A stretch of 63,315 bases of DNA, filler included, from Psammoneis japonica (GCA_008632985.1; 6 parts of 6 records of this genome joined end to end with filler, not necessarily neighbours in it), one strand, 5' to 3'. Numbered from the whole stretch's first letter, positions 40,300 to 54,010 are shown. A program made the numbers and translations. Notes: a model not told the origin generated them from the sequence alone.

Positions 40300-42295
40300 C
40301 AGTTGTCGTTGCAAACATCACGCTCAAGGTTCAAGGCAAAGCGGAGTCAACAGTTTGGGCATGAACGACGTAATCTCACCACATCCTCCAAACCGAGTCG
40401 TCGTAGATGGCCACTCAACATGTTGCCGATGGCAAGTTGACACTGTGAGAACAACCAGCACTTTCTTGATTTTTCATGAGACATTTTCAATCACACCCAT
40501 GCTGTTTGTGCTTGTTGTTCATGCATCGAAAATTGCGTCAAATGCTTCTGTCGGCAGTGGAACAAAAGATGAATCTCCGGCTCGTCTAGAACAAGCCAGA
40601 TTGGACTTGCATTTGCGTGCCAAAAGTCGGGTTCAACCTGCAGAAGCTTGGTGCTGTACGACCTGCACCGGCAGTTTCGCGTCATTCCCATTGTCACTGG
40701 AGATGATTTTGCGGTGCAATTTGAAGCGCTCATTTCGAACATCTTGAAAATTTGCAAAGCTCGCAGTCTCTCCAAAGGGTGGATGTGGTTCCCAGGTTGC
40801 ATCTAGATCAGCCTGACCACCTGGATCCCAAACCACATCACGGATGGCCCACGCTTGTGAAGTCTGCAAACCTCTCAAGGAATTGATTCAAAACAATCGA
40901 AAACTTCATCCAAAACCAGGCATGCGTTTCCATGCAATTGAACCCACCCTGCACCCAAAAATGTCTCAGACACCTTGGCGGATGTTAGAGAGCACAATGT
41001 CCCCCATTGGCTCACATTTGTGTCAACTTGAACATTTGTGCCGGAGCGTGGCACACTGTGATGCCCACAATGCGCACAATGCGGGCATCGCACGTGCGAT
41101 CAAGATGCCAAAACCAAGGCCAATCCATCCTTTCTGGCCTTTGATGTTGAGTGCCCGATGTGATGGCAGATTCCTTCTTTGTGATTTTGTGCATGGTCAA
41201 TGAACAAGGACATCTGCTTTTGTCTCGTGGTGTCGTGTCACAGGATGTGACTGACTTTTGGCACACGCCCAAGCCGTCGCATTCCGGGCCATTTGCCATT
41301 TTCAATGAAGAGTCGGAAGAAGCACTCTTGAAACAATTCTTTGCAGAATGCCAACAACACCGTAAGCAAATTGTCATGACCAACGCATGGCTGGGACTTT
41401 TTCAATTGACCCTTTGTGCAAAAGCGCGCTGCCTTTTGTGGACTGGATGTTCACAATGAAATGGATGTGCAGTGAAGTGGGGACAGCAAGTGCCGGGGGA
41501 GCAGATGCAGGAGCAATGTGTTTCTTGGGTGCAACCGGATTCCTGCTTTTTAAAGGGCACCCCAGGTCTCAAGGCACTGTGACAAAATGCAAGCTTGGGC
41601 ATGTGATCCTGTGGGAACCTGTTCATCTTTTGACTGTGCACCATCATTCCCATGAGATCCGAAGATGCCTTGCACAAAGGGAGCATGGCACTCTTTGTGA
41701 AACGCAAACAAAAATGTCATTTGTCCCAACAAGCCAGTTGATGGCATGGCCAACATTCACAATGGGCATTTGCTGGAAGGTGAGACGTTTGTTGTCAGCA
41801 AGGTGGACATTGTCTCAAGACGGGTGCCCACCACTTGGACGTGGTTTGCATGTTTGATTTGAAACTGAGCACGTTTCAATGTTTGATTGACGATGTTGAT
41901 CGGGATCTTAACATTGTGATTGAAGTGGAGGGTGGCATGGATTGGACCAAGATTTGCAACTGTGACTGGGCAAGTTCTTGTTGTTGATTGATGTTCTGCA
42001 GTTTCAGTGTTGCACTCATGCTGTTCTCTTCTCTTTTCTCCATCAGATTTGTTGTCAGATTGTCAAGCAGGTCAAGATGCTTCAGGATCAACCCAACCAG
42101 GTGGAAAGCCATGTGTTTGCCATTTGGACGTTGGTGCCATGCACCTTGACATCATTCTGACCAACCACCTGCAACCGGAAGCCATTGTGGATGACGCCAC
42201 CTGTGCTTTGTGTGCCTTTGATCAATCCAAGAATGACTGCAAACACAAGATGGACTGGGTGTGGCATGGTGAATGCAACCCTGCCAAAGACCTGA
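40300..42295 (+). pseudogene. POLE: DNA polymerase epsilon catalytic subunit, decayed N-terminal half
   Basis: LAFDVEC, CMVNEQGHLLLSRGVVSQDVTDFWHTPKPSHSGPFAIFNEESE, GTLCET, NGHLLEGETF, CHLDVGAMHLDIILTNHLQPEAIVDDATCA. Confidence 0.9.
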
Positions 42296-42319
42296 TCTCT
42301 TCACCCACCTCCAAACCCG

Positions 42320-43173
42320 ACAGGCCATGATGTTTTTGCAAAGCACAAGGATGGCAGTCATGGATGAAGTTGATTGGTTGCTCAACATTCAAAAGTCACG
42401 CGCGGCATCCTCCCAAAAGAAACTGCACGAAAAGCCAGCAGCCATCATCACATCAGCCGTGATTTGACTGACGCTGGGTCAGTGTCAAGTGGTTTGTGTC
42501 AGTGCCACCATGGGTCGGCCGCTGCAATGAGAAGTGGTGCTGGTCTTGGGATTGCCGGCACAAGATTGTCCACAAGTTGTTCCCAGCTCTGTTGAGAATG
42601 TTGTTCTTGCTGTTGGAAAGCTCTTGACGTCGGCATTTCATGTCAAAAAGTTGCTGCCCAAGGATTCATCGAGAATGAACATTGCTGGCATTGACGCGGG
42701 GTTGCGGCGTCAATGCTCAAAACGCCATTGGTGCACTGAGGCATTTTGGCTGCAAACACAATCCACAGTCCTTGTTGGATTTGCTTGAAGTGGATGGAAT
42801 GGACAATGTGATTGAAGTGCATCATCAAGTGTTGGGTGCCACAGGTGTGGGTGACTCACACCTCAACAACAACAATGGACAGTCTGAAGTTGCAGACAGC
42901 AATGATGCCAAGGAGCGTGCATTCGTGATGGAAGAAGATGCCGTTCGGGGATTGCATTTGGATGGGCTCGACATGGTGATTGTTGTGGGACGTCTCAATG
43001 GACCAGATGAGTGCACTCATGTTGCTGGAAGAACAGGATGGGCTGGACGGCGTGGCAAGGTTATTGCTGTGGTTTCAGAAGACAATGCGGCAGCTTTGAA
43101 GTCATGGGAACGCATGCTGAGTGTGAACTTTGAACGGCTTGACATGGACAATGCAGCAACAAGCTTGACGTGA
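42320..43173 (+). pseudogene. DEAD-box RNA helicase, C-terminal fragment
   Basis: VMDEVD (motif II), VSAT (III), VRGLHL (V), ECTHVAGRTGWAGRRG (VI). Confidence 0.8.
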
Positions 43174-43841
43174 AGTTTTAGAAATGACATGAAACAAAAG
43201 TCTTGCTTTGATGTTGGAGCTTTGTTTGCCAGAGAGAGCGTGCGCACCAGCTGACAATCATGCTGACACTGATCCAACACTGTTGAGTTTCAATGATGGC
43301 TGTTTTCAATGCCATGTGTTGCCAGTGGACATGAGTTTTGATCGATGAAGAACAATGCAAGGAGGCAGATGCACCCGTGATGCGACGAACGTGGAGTTGC
43401 AATTCAGTTGCTTTGTGATTGGAAAGTGCTTGAAAAGGAAGGATCCATGTTTGACGCTGGTCCCTGTGTTCGCTCTGCCACACTCTTGAGACAGCTGCAG
43501 CATGACTGTGCCGGCACAGAGTGCAGCCCTCTGGAGCAGGGCTGCAACCACAACTGCACAGAGAGCTTTGGGATGGCAAACGATCCTGACTGGCATGTTG
43601 TGCTGCACTTTCTGCTTGAAGCCAACTGATGACATGCATCCCCTCTGTGCTGTTCAAGACTCACTGACGTCTTGATTGCATTCTCTTCCACCTGATGTCC
43701 AATGCTTCCACGTGTCTAAACAATGATTTGAAAGGCGAGCCTGATTTGTTTCAAAATCGTGACCCAACTTCCAACGGCAGGTTCGGGCACCTCAGCAGCG
43801 TTCTCGGGTTCTTTCCATGGTTTAAAAAATGGCAGAGAATC

Positions 43842-45165
43842 TTAAAGAACGTTCATCAAATGCGTTGATGCATCAAACACTTTCTTTTCCCAATGTTTGG
43901 CCTTCCACTCAATCGCAGAGCAACAGTCAGACAGAATTGGGTCCAGAAACGAGACCTTTTCGAAAAGAAGGTTCGTCTGAGTCTTTGCCAGCGTAGCAAA
44001 GCATGTCGACAACTCCAAAACTCTCTTCCCCCAATGTCCAACACTTGATTTGATCTCAGAGAGATGGTCAGACAAGACTGGGTTCCAAAAAAATGGCAAA
44101 AAATCATCGCGTTCCTGAAGAACGAGTGCCTGAGTTTGGATTTGTGCGATGACGTCATTCGAAAGTGCGTCTGCAAGTTTCCACCAAAGCTGAAACGCTT
44201 CCAACTTGACATCCAAAAAGACAGACTAGATCTCCAAAAATGTCGTGAACGTGTCTTGGAACGGGACTGACTTGGTCTCAGCCATGCTGTCGGGAGCAGT
44301 GTGGTGAAAGAGTTGCTGGAGGCTGCCGTTGGAGTCACCATTGTTGTCCTGAACAAAACATTCATGGACACAATGCTCGTTGTCATCTTCTGCTGGTGCA
44401 ATCGTGGGCGTGGCATTGTGCAGGAGGTCTTGGACGCAACTCGGAGACTTGTCGCCGTCGTCAAAACAAACACAAAAGCTGGAAATGATGATGGCGTTTT
44501 CGAAGGGAATGGTGCTGGGAGCGGCATTGGAGATGACAGCACGGCAGCAGCTGGAGGCAGTGTCGATGTCTGAGCAACTGGTGTTGTCCAAAAACTTGCG
44601 CAGGAGCTCTTGGCTGATCGTGGTGACACTGTCGGTTGCCGTGGCGGCCTTGATCGAAAAGGTGCTAACGGAGCGCTTTGCCGCATCAACAAACAAGGCA
44701 GGACGCGTTCCAGCCCCAGGTGGGACTCTGTGTGACATTGGGCCCGTAGAATTCTACGTGCGAGCTCCGCAGTGCGAGAATTTAATTGATGGATGCATTT
44801 GTCTTCAACATCAAATAAACGGCCAAGTTTGTGGCACAATTGTGCCTCTTGCCACTCGACGTTTTTGCAAGTGCGCCTGCCCCACGCGATTCTTAAGACA
44901 TCATAGAATCGCGCTGTAACAAAAAATGTCAAAAGTTGTTGGACGGATCGCTCAACAAGTGTGCCGTAAAATGACACAAAACATCGAAAAAATCACGTAG
45001 AAATCTACGTGCACGACACACGACGTGATTCAAAAAACTGTCAATGTCACAGTTCAGCAGTGCGAGGTCCCACCTAGACCTGGAACGTGTCGCAGAGAGA
45101 GGACTGATGATGGCACCAGTGCCCATGGCGGCAATGATGGCAAGGACAAAGTTCATGATTTTCAT
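43842..45165 (-). pseudogene. Putative secreted protein interrupted by a MITE
   Basis: Removing 44702-45091 plus one TSD restores the in-frame signal-peptide-like MKIMNFVLAIIAAMGTGAIISPLSALFVDA. One internal stop remains at ~44226. Confidence 0.5.
44702..45091 (+). mobile_element. MITE family A (390 bp), TSD GCAG
   Basis: Imperfect ~25-bp TIRs GAC(G/A)CGTTCCAG....AGGTGGGAC. GCAG at 44698-44701 and 45092-45095. Internal palindromes cgtagaattctacg and cacgtagaaatctacgtg. Confidence 0.9.
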
Positions 45166-46029
45166 GATGGACTGTGAACTGACGAGCAATTCAGAAATTG
45201 TGAGAGCACTCGAACGAGAAGAGATTCTGTCTGCAATGGAGGCACCGTGGTGCAAGACATGTGGAAATCTACATGGCATGGGCCGTTTCCCAGCTGCATT
45301 GAAGTTCGAAGAAAGTTTTTCGACAGTTGTTTTGGCGGAGTTGGTGCGTGCATTGATCTCAGCCGATCGTTCCATTCCACACAGCCTGCTCCACGCACAC
45401 GCACACCACGCACACGCATCACGGCATCATCGATCATCGGCATCGCAACTCGCAACGCATCATGGCACCAAACACCGCATGAACTTGGTGGTGGCCAGCA
45501 TGACGAGCAACGGGAGCGGGACAGTGCAAATGAAGAGAATGTGTCTCGTCCAATGCCACCAAGATTTGTCGTGTCAAAGTTTGTGTGATGGCGACAACTT
45601 TCGTCAGACTTGCAGTGTTTGTTTTGGAAAGCGCCATCTTTTTTGGTTTGCCACACACTGCTTTCTGATGAGACACCCTCTTTGCACATCAGTCTCTCAT
45701 CATTCAGCCCAACAAAACTCTTGAGCATGCAATGGAGGGCCATGCGATCCAACAACTGTCAATGGAAAATGTGCTTCAAGATGCTTGCAACAGATCTCAT
45801 CTGCATCTTCCACCACGCGCATGTGGTGCTGAGGCAATGCTGCTTTGTTCTCTGGATCAATGGACTTTGGATTTGATGTGGGGTTCATTTTTGCTTGTTG
45901 TTGACTTTTTGTTGCTCATGAGTTAGAAAAAATGGGATTGAATCTTTTAAAGAGATGATTGACAAACGAGAAGAAAGCTTGCAGGAGCGAAGAATGCCTG
46001 CCACCACAAACCACCACGTGCTCAAATCT

Positions 46030-47820
46030 GCTTGATGATTGGTGGACAGATTGTCACTTCATCAAAGGCCTTGGCAATCATTCCTTCCAAGGCCTTGGTG
46101 TTGGCAATTCCAGATTCCATCAAGGCATTGGCGACTCATGTTTCATGTCGGGAACTTGCGCCATCTGCTCAGTCTCCGTTCGAGGTGCATCTTCTCATGT
46201 GGGCACTTGTGATTGCTCTTGCCTTGCTTGTCAGAACTGTTTGGTGTCAAAATGTGCCCAGCAACACTGAAGGAAAGGCTCAACATGCTCTTCACGATGG
46301 TGACAAGGTGGCATGGATCAAAGACGCAACCAAAGACAATGACATCCTGACCAAAGCATGATTTTTGCTCTCGCTGATTTGTGTTTTCTGTGATGTTGGT
46401 TTGTTGGCCTTCCTCATTTGGTGCCATGCCACTGCTCCTGCCACAACAAGTTGTTTTGTTGGATCCTCAATTCCCAGTTGCGGCTCAGTGGCTGTTGCGG
46501 CATGACCTTCTGGCGAGCTGGTGTTTGCACCATCTAAAGCCACAATGACAGTTCCTTCAAAGGCTTTGGTTGTTCCTTCCAAGGTGGTTGCTCCATTCAC
46601 CCTGGACTCTTGCAAGGCTTTGGAAATTCATGTTCCGTCATGGAAGTGTTTGACATCGAAAGCCTTGGCAATGGTTTCAAGTGTGGGACTTTCAACATTG
46701 GATGCATTCACGGCCTGTGTTCTCCCATTCAGATGAGACTTGCACCTGAGGATGCCATGGTGGCTCATGTTCCGAGTCAAGAGACTGCAATGTTGGTGGC
46801 TTTTTCATTTGCTTGAGGGCCTCTGGCATGGATGCTTGCCACAGTTGGGCCTGCCTCAATTCAAGCCATGATCAAACAGCGCAGAAACAATGAGGAAGAA
46901 CCCAAACCAATTGTGAAGTGGTGGCCAGTGTTCTTCTCTCTTGTCCTCTTTGTTCTCTGCATCATGATGACTGGTTTCTGTTGCTTGCACTCTTTGCCTT
47001 GAACAATGAATGAATCTGTCTTCTGACTGCCTTCATGTTCCCAGTTGATGGCATTGGTGATTCGCCCTCTTGGTGCATTGATGCTTGCGCCATCCAAGAA
47101 CTTGACCGTCATTCCTTCCAAGGCATTGGCATTGGCATTTCTGGATTCCAGCAAGGCATTGGTGATTCAAGTCTCTGATTGGAGTCACAACGCCGCTGAG
47201 TCTGTGTCAGAAGCCACAGCAGTTCATGTTCCACGTCGGGAAATCGTTTTGTCTGTTCAGTCTCCTTTCAAGGTGCATCTTCTGACATGGGCACTTGTGG
47301 TTGTGCTTGCCTTGATTGTTGGAGTCATCTGGAATCAAACTGTGCCCAATGATCAACGTGTTCTTCATGATGGGGACGTGGGTTGCAGCTGCTGTGGACC
47401 AAAGATGCCAAGAAAGACAAAGAAATGAAACTCCAAGCACAACTTTTGCTCTTGTTAATTTGTCTTTTCCGTCTTGTTGGTTTGTCGGGTCTCCTCATCT
47501 GGTGCCATTCCTCTTCTCCTGCATTTGTGAGCGATTTGGCTGGCTTGCTGCCATGTCACTCAGGATTGGCTGCATTGGTGATTCGTCCCATTGGCGAGTT
47601 TCAATGATTGCTCCATCAAAATCTTTTGTGACCACACCATCCCAAATTGGCATGGTTGCCCCTTCCAAAGCACTGGTGCCAAGCACTCTGAATGGTTGCA
47701 AGGCCTTGACGATGCATGTCCAGCTTTTGAAACTGGCGTTGTCAAAGGCCTTGGCGGTTGTTGCATGTTGGGACCTTGCAGTGCTGGAGGCAGTCACAAC
47801 TTGCACCCCAACTTGAAAGT
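46030..47820 (+). repeat. Degenerate coding-like repeat units
   Basis: IPSKAL..LDSxKAL..HV-type motifs recur near 46060, 46530, 47100 and 47650. QSPFxVHLLxWALV plus a hydrophobic segment occurs twice. Confidence 0.5.
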
Positions 47821-50800
47821 TTGTTGCATCGAATGACAACGTGCTTCATGTTCCAAGTCGAGGTGTTGTGCTGTTGATGGCCTCTCCATGTGGCTTTGAG
47901 GGCTCATTTTTTTTTCTTGCAATGATGGGGCTTTTTTGGATTTTACTTCAAAACTGCATGGGTTCTTTGATGACAGCAAAGAACCTTTTCCAAATCCTTG
48001 CTCTCTTGCCCGAGATGCATTTTGTCAGCAAGACCGGATCCCACCCCCTCTGACATCACACCTCTGGATCATCTGATTCCACCTCAAATCCTGGCCCCTC
48101 TTGTGTTCAAGACAATGACATCTTTCCACCGCAAGATGCTCCGGTTCCTGTTGAAGACCCAGTCCTTCCCCTTCAGCTCTGGTTCCTCCACAAGATCCAG
48201 TCCCTCCCCTTCAAGGCATGGACAATCCTCCTCCAACCCCTCCTCAATTCCTGTGCCAAGTCGCCAATGATGAACGACGAGTGCTGCAGCATTCTCCCCA
48301 TCTCAGCAGTGCTGCAGGAAGCATTTGCCTCTGCTCTGAGAATGTCAGATTTGTTTGTCAATCTGCAAGGCTGGCATGCCAAGCATGCTTTTGCATTCTT
48401 GTTTGTGCTTTTGTGTTTTCTGCACCAAATCATTGCATTGTCATCTTTTGCTCAGCTTTTGTTGCTTTGTGTGCTTTCAATGCATTGCATCTGAGTGTTC
48501 TGCACAGTCGTTGTTGTTCTCTTGACTTTGTTGTGTTCAGTGTTTGCCGGTTCCTCGTGTTTGTTTTGAATTTGCTGGTGGTGGAGTTGCATTGTTTTGT
48601 GCTGCTTTGTTGTTGAACCCACGCAGTTTGTCAACTCTCGTCACTGTTGCGTTGCTTCATGTGCGCATGTGGGTTCCAGTTTTTTGTTTTAATTTGAGAA
48701 GTTGTGGTGCTTTGTCATTTGCATCAACGTTTGTTGATGCTGTCATTGTTTTTGCTGCTGTCATTTTAGTGCCATGTGTCACAAAACTGTTGTCATCTTT
48801 TTGTTTGTTCTGGTTTGTTTTGCTGTTTGCCATTGTTTGCTCAAGTCCATTTTTGCTTCATTTCATTGTTGGCGATGTTCTTGTTGCTTGATCATGGCAC
48901 TGTGTTTGCGCTTTTGTCATTGCACTTGTTTTGTTTTGCTTTGAACTGCATTGTCTTGCAGGCTTCAAGCATTTTTCTTGGCTGCTCAACCCCCCCCCCT
49001 GTCAGTGTCACTGCTTTGGTGAGATGACATCTTGCTCGACTGGCTTTCGAAAGGCAGCACCAAAGGCGCGCGCTCATGTTCACATGCTTGTGTGCTTGTG
49101 CTTCTTTCTCCTTTTGCCACTTGCATTCACAAGACTGTCGTGGCCTCCACCGCCACAAGTTCATCCTCAAGACCTGGCCCTTCTTGTTGTCCATCATCAT
49201 GCCCTGTGTCCATTTTGCCACTTGAATTGCCTTCAATTCTGTCTCCTCCAAATTGTCTGTTTGGTCTCCATGTCACCCCCAAATCATTGGCATTTCATGC
49301 AACCCACCCCACCACCTCCAACCTCACTTCATTTGTGTCTCCACCCTTTTGAACTTCCCCCCATCTGTTGACACATCACCACCTCGTCCACGTTGTCTGA
49401 CTCGTCACCTCAGCACCTCCAAATTGTTCGTTTGTGTGCAATGCAATCCACCCGCCTCCTCCAACACCTCCAGTTCATCATTTCCATTTGTTTCTCCACC
49501 ACCTCCAACTTCCCTCCATCTCACAACATGTCACTCCCTTCACAATGTTGGATTCGTTGCCGCCACATCTCCAAACCATTCCCTCGCATGCCACGCAATC
49601 CACCCTGCCGCCTGCAATGTCGTCAGCTCGTCTTCCATGCTTTGTTCCATCTCCCTTTGCTTCCATCTCCACCACCTTCAAATTCCTCCGTGACTCCCTC
49701 CACAGTGTTGGATTCAGGCCACAACACCTCCAGATTGTTCATTTGCGCAATTGCGTGCCACGAGCAATCTGCCCTGCTGCCTCCAATGCCTCCAGTTTGT
49801 CTTGTTCGCCCTGTCCTTCATTTCCGTCTCCTCCACCTCAAATGCCTTTGTTTGTCTCACCTCTCCTGTGTTGCCATCCAAACCACTGACTCTGTCTGCC
49901 CGCGGTTTGGGTTTTGCTTCACAGCGATGCTCAAGGTGAGCACAGTGTGCTTTTGTGCTTTCATTGCCTTGGCATTTCTTCACTTGTTTTGCCAATCCTT
50001 GCTGTTGATTTGGTTTGGAGAGTGATCTTTTTTCAAATTGATTGCACTCCAAACCATCCCCCCCCCCCCCCCAAAAAAAAACAAAGAGATCTCCTTCCCT
50101 TGTTCGAATTGGGCCGGAGCAGTCATGCCGATGCACAAGGGTGAGCAACAGCGGGCCCACCCCGCAACTTGTGTTTTTCAAACAAAGTGTGGACCAGGAG
50201 TGTCATTGGCGTGTGGCTGTGCAACTTTGGTTGCTCTTGAAAGCCTGTGCCTCACCTTTTGCACCAGTGCATTGACGAGCTTTTGNNNNNNNNNNNNNNN
50301 NNNNNNNNNNNNNNNNNNNNNNNNNNNNNTTAATTAATTAANNNNNNNNNNNNNNNNNNNNNNNNNNNNNNNNNNNNNNNNNNNNGTTCTGAGTGGTTGT
50401 GAGTCTTTGCGCTTCCTGAGGTCGCTGGCTCGAATCGGCCTCAAATCCAAGCCTCCTTTTCTTTCTCGGCCTGCCCCTTTCCAACCCCATCCGGGGTGGG
50501 CGGCTGGGCTTCGAACCCACTCCTCCCTTGGCCAGATGCACCACATGGCACCAACCCATCCTGCCTGACAGAGGGAGTGCATGGTCAAATTTGCAAGTCC
50601 GCTGTGCAGATGCACCACATGGCAACAACCCAGAGTTGGACAAATGCTGTGCGATGATGCTGTGCACAACACACGCATCAGAGTGCACGAACGTTAAAAA
50701 TGTGTGGATTTGCATGATGGCAATTTGTCAAAATGTTGCAGAAAAATTGTTGTCACACAATGACAGGCCAACCTCTGGTTGCAAGTTTGCTGTGCCAATG

Positions 50801-51613
50801 TCACGACAACTTGTTGAGAATCATGTGCGCCATTTTTCACTGTGCCCACATCGCCATTTCTGCCTCCACCTTGTTGCCATGTGCCAATCCATGATTGCAT
50901 TGCCGCACAATCCTTGGTTTGTCAATTTTTGCAAACAGGGGTGTGATCACAGAACCACTTGCATGCCTGCTTGTTCCTTGTTTGCTGCCAGCGACAGTGT
51001 CTGGGCCAAGCGGATCCCATGTCGGCACAATCGGGATGTCTTTCTTTTCGTTCTTGTCACGGCTTGACTTTTTCCTGCCTTGCTTTTTCCTCTTGACTGC
51101 CGCCTTGAGTTTCTTTTCTTTTTCCTTTCCCTCTTCCTTGGCAACAACGCCTGCACAGACAAAGCATCACCGTCATCTTCTTGCGAGATGCGCGCAACTC
51201 TCGAGTCACACACATTGGTCACCCAACTTGCGGGCCATTGCCTCCACCCCAACAGCCGAACACACCGTGTTTCTGAGATTGTCAACTTGCCTTTTTGCCG
51301 CCTCTTTTGCCCATTCCTCCCAAGTTCCTGACCAATTTGAAGTGTCCATGTTGCCACCAGCAATCTGTTTCTTGACAAACATTGAGATGCTCCCATTGCT
51401 TGCCAGTTCTGATGGACTGAGAAACTTCACCTGTGAAAAGAGATCATTTCCAGCCACCTTCTCCACTTCTGGTTTCAGCGCACCATGCGCTGCCTGCACG
51501 CCCATTCTCTTCAACACTGCCTGAAGTCTCAGGCTCATTGGCTCAACAGTCTCATTTTTCTTTCTCTTCTTTGCCGGTGGTGCTGGAGACGACATCTTGA
51601 TCTTTTCACAGCA

Positions 51614-51874
51614 GGCCTGTTCCAGCTCCAGGTGCTCCGCGCGGGTTCGATTCCCATCATTTGGAAATTTGTGCATTTGGCGCAATTGACTTTTTCCAAA
51701 TCCGTTTTTTGGCAAATCAAAGGGTGAGTGTGCACTTTGCATGCATTTTTGGGTGTACACTCACCTTTCGATTTTCGAAACGATCAAAAATTGAAGGAGT
51801 CAATTGCGCCAAACTGCGCAGAAAATCGGCCTCTCGCGTGATGAAAAGCAGAGCACCTGGAGCTGGAACAGGCC
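51614..51874. mobile_element. MITE family B (261 bp), TSD AGCA
   Basis: Perfect 24-bp TIR GGCCTGTTCCAGCTCCAGGTGCTC. AGCA on both sides. Internal IR ttggcgcaattgact/agtcaattgcgccaa. Confidence 0.9.
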
Positions 51875-53152
51875 AGCAACAATGAGAGGAGCATTGCTGT
51901 TCGACAGTGCAGCCGTCATTTGGGTCGTGTTGAGACAGCCAGCCACTCCATTTTTCTCCACAACGTTGAACAAATTGTTGTCAGCAACCACGCTGCTGCA
52001 GTGCATCCTTGCTCCAAAGAGTGCGCACCAATGAGGAATGTCCCCATTTGCGTGGCTGCTGCCATGTGGGTTGATCCAGCCAATGGACAGCCGCGCCCAC
52101 TGCCAGCCCACAAGGCTGTGTTTTTCAGGGAAAGAATGACTGACACCCCTGCTGTGCCCCAGCCAACTGTGAGCAAGTGAGCTGACTGTCCACGACACCC
52201 CTCGCCAGTTTGACCCCAACAGCGCGCACTCTGTTGTTTTCCCTGACTTGAAAATCAGGGTGCTTTTGCGCGCGCAAGGTGAGTTGAGTGCCAGAGCGGG
52301 ACTTGGGCCTGTCTGCAGAGAAGACTTCAATGTCAAGGTCAAACAAACATGTCTTGAAAACAAACATGTCGTTTCAAGGAAAACAAACATGTCGCTTCAA
52401 GGGAAAAAAAATGTCTTTTCAAGGAAAACAAATGCGGCGTTTCAAGGAAAACAAACATGTGGTTTCAATGAAAACAACCATGTCTTTTCTGGGAAAACAA
52501 GTGTGGCGTTTCAAGGAAAACAAACATGTCTTTTCAAGGAAAACAAACATTTCGTTTCAAGGAAAACAAACATGTCTTTTCAAGGAAAACAAACGTGTCG
52601 TTTCAAGGAAAACAAACATGTCTTTTCAACGAAAACAAACGTGTCATTTCAAAGAAAACAAACATGTGGTTTCAAGGAATGCAAACATGTCTTTTCAAGG
52701 AAAACAAACATGTCTTTTCAAGGAAAACAAATGTGTCATTTCAAGAAAAACAATCGCGTCGTTTCAAGGAAAACAAACATGTCTTTTCAGGGAAAACAAA
52801 CATGTCTTTTCGGTGAAAACAAACATGTCGTTTCAAGGAAAACAAACATGTCTTGAAAACAAAACATGTCTTTTCAAGGAAAACAAACATGTCATTTCAA
52901 GGAAAACAAACATGTCGTTTCAAGGGGGAAAATGGATGTCTTTTCAAGGACAACAAACGTGTCGTTTCAAGGAAAACAAACATGTGTTTTCAAGGAAAAC
53001 GTTAGATTGGACATTGGATGTTTGCCGCTCGAGACAGCACAGAGCCAACAGAGACAAAATTTGCCAGGGGCCGCACTCAAGATGGCGCCTGCCACTCAAG
53101 ACTGGATGTTGGGCACTCGAGACACTGCAGTTCACCACTTGAGATGATGACA

Positions 53153-53542
53153 GACGCGCCCCAGGTCCAGGTGGGACCTCGCACTGCTGAACTGTGACAT
53201 CGACAGTTTTTTGAATCACGTCGCATGTTGCGCACGCAGATTTCTGCGTGATTTTTTTGACATTTTTTGTCATTTTATGGTGCATTCATTGAGCGATCCA
53301 TCCAACAACTTTTGACATTTTTTGTTGCAGCGCGATTCTACAATGTCTTGAGAGTCGCGCAGGGCAGGTGCACCTGCAAAAACGTCGAGTGGCAAGAGGC
53401 ACAATTGCACCACAAACTTGGCAGCTCATTTGATGTTGAAGACAAACACACCCATTGGTCAAATTCTTGCACTGCGGAGCTCGCACGCAGAATTCTGTGG
53501 GCCCAATGTCACACGGAGTCCCATCCAGGACTGGAGCCCATC
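53153..53542 (-). mobile_element. MITE family A copy, inverted and more mutated
   Basis: Reverse complement aligns full length to 44702-45091. TSD is not intact. Confidence 0.85.
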
Positions 53543-53624
53543 GTTTTCAAGTGAAACAAATGTGTGGTTTCAAGGAAAACAAACATGCAAACAAACATGT
53601 GGCTTCAAGGAAAACAAACATGTC

Positions 53625-54010
53625 AACGGGTTCCAGCCCCAGGTGGGACTTTTTGTGACATTTGCCCCGTGGAATTCTGCGAGCTCTGCAGTTCGCACTC
53701 TGGTTGATGGACACATTTGTCTTCAACATGAAAAAAACGACCAAGTTTGTGGCACATCTGTCCATGCAGGTGCTCGAAGTTTTGGACAACATGCATGCCC
53801 TGCACCATTCTCAAGACACTCGAGAATGGCACAGAAGAAAAAAAATGTCAAAAGTTGGTCAATGCATGGCCTGACAATTGCACTGCAAAATCACACAAAA
53901 TTTTGCCACAATCACGTAGAAATGTGCGTGCGCGACATGCGACGTGATTCAAAAAACTGTCAATGTCACAGTTCAGCAGTGCGAGGTCCCACCTGGACCT
54001 GGAACGTGTC
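53625..54010 (+). mobile_element. MITE family A copy inserted in a satellite unit, TSD TGTC
   Basis: aaaca-TGTC-[element]-TGTC-gtttcaagg restores one satellite monomer. Confidence 0.9.

Noticed and set aside
40300..43173. Alternative genetic code, or functional POLE/helicase genes
   Set aside because: Tyr is replaced by two different codon families, there are frameshifts and stops, and the code is normal in 1-9 kb.
48400..50030. Membrane-protein ORFs in TTG-rich and CCT-rich tracts
   Set aside because: Low-complexity sequence with no recognisable motif.
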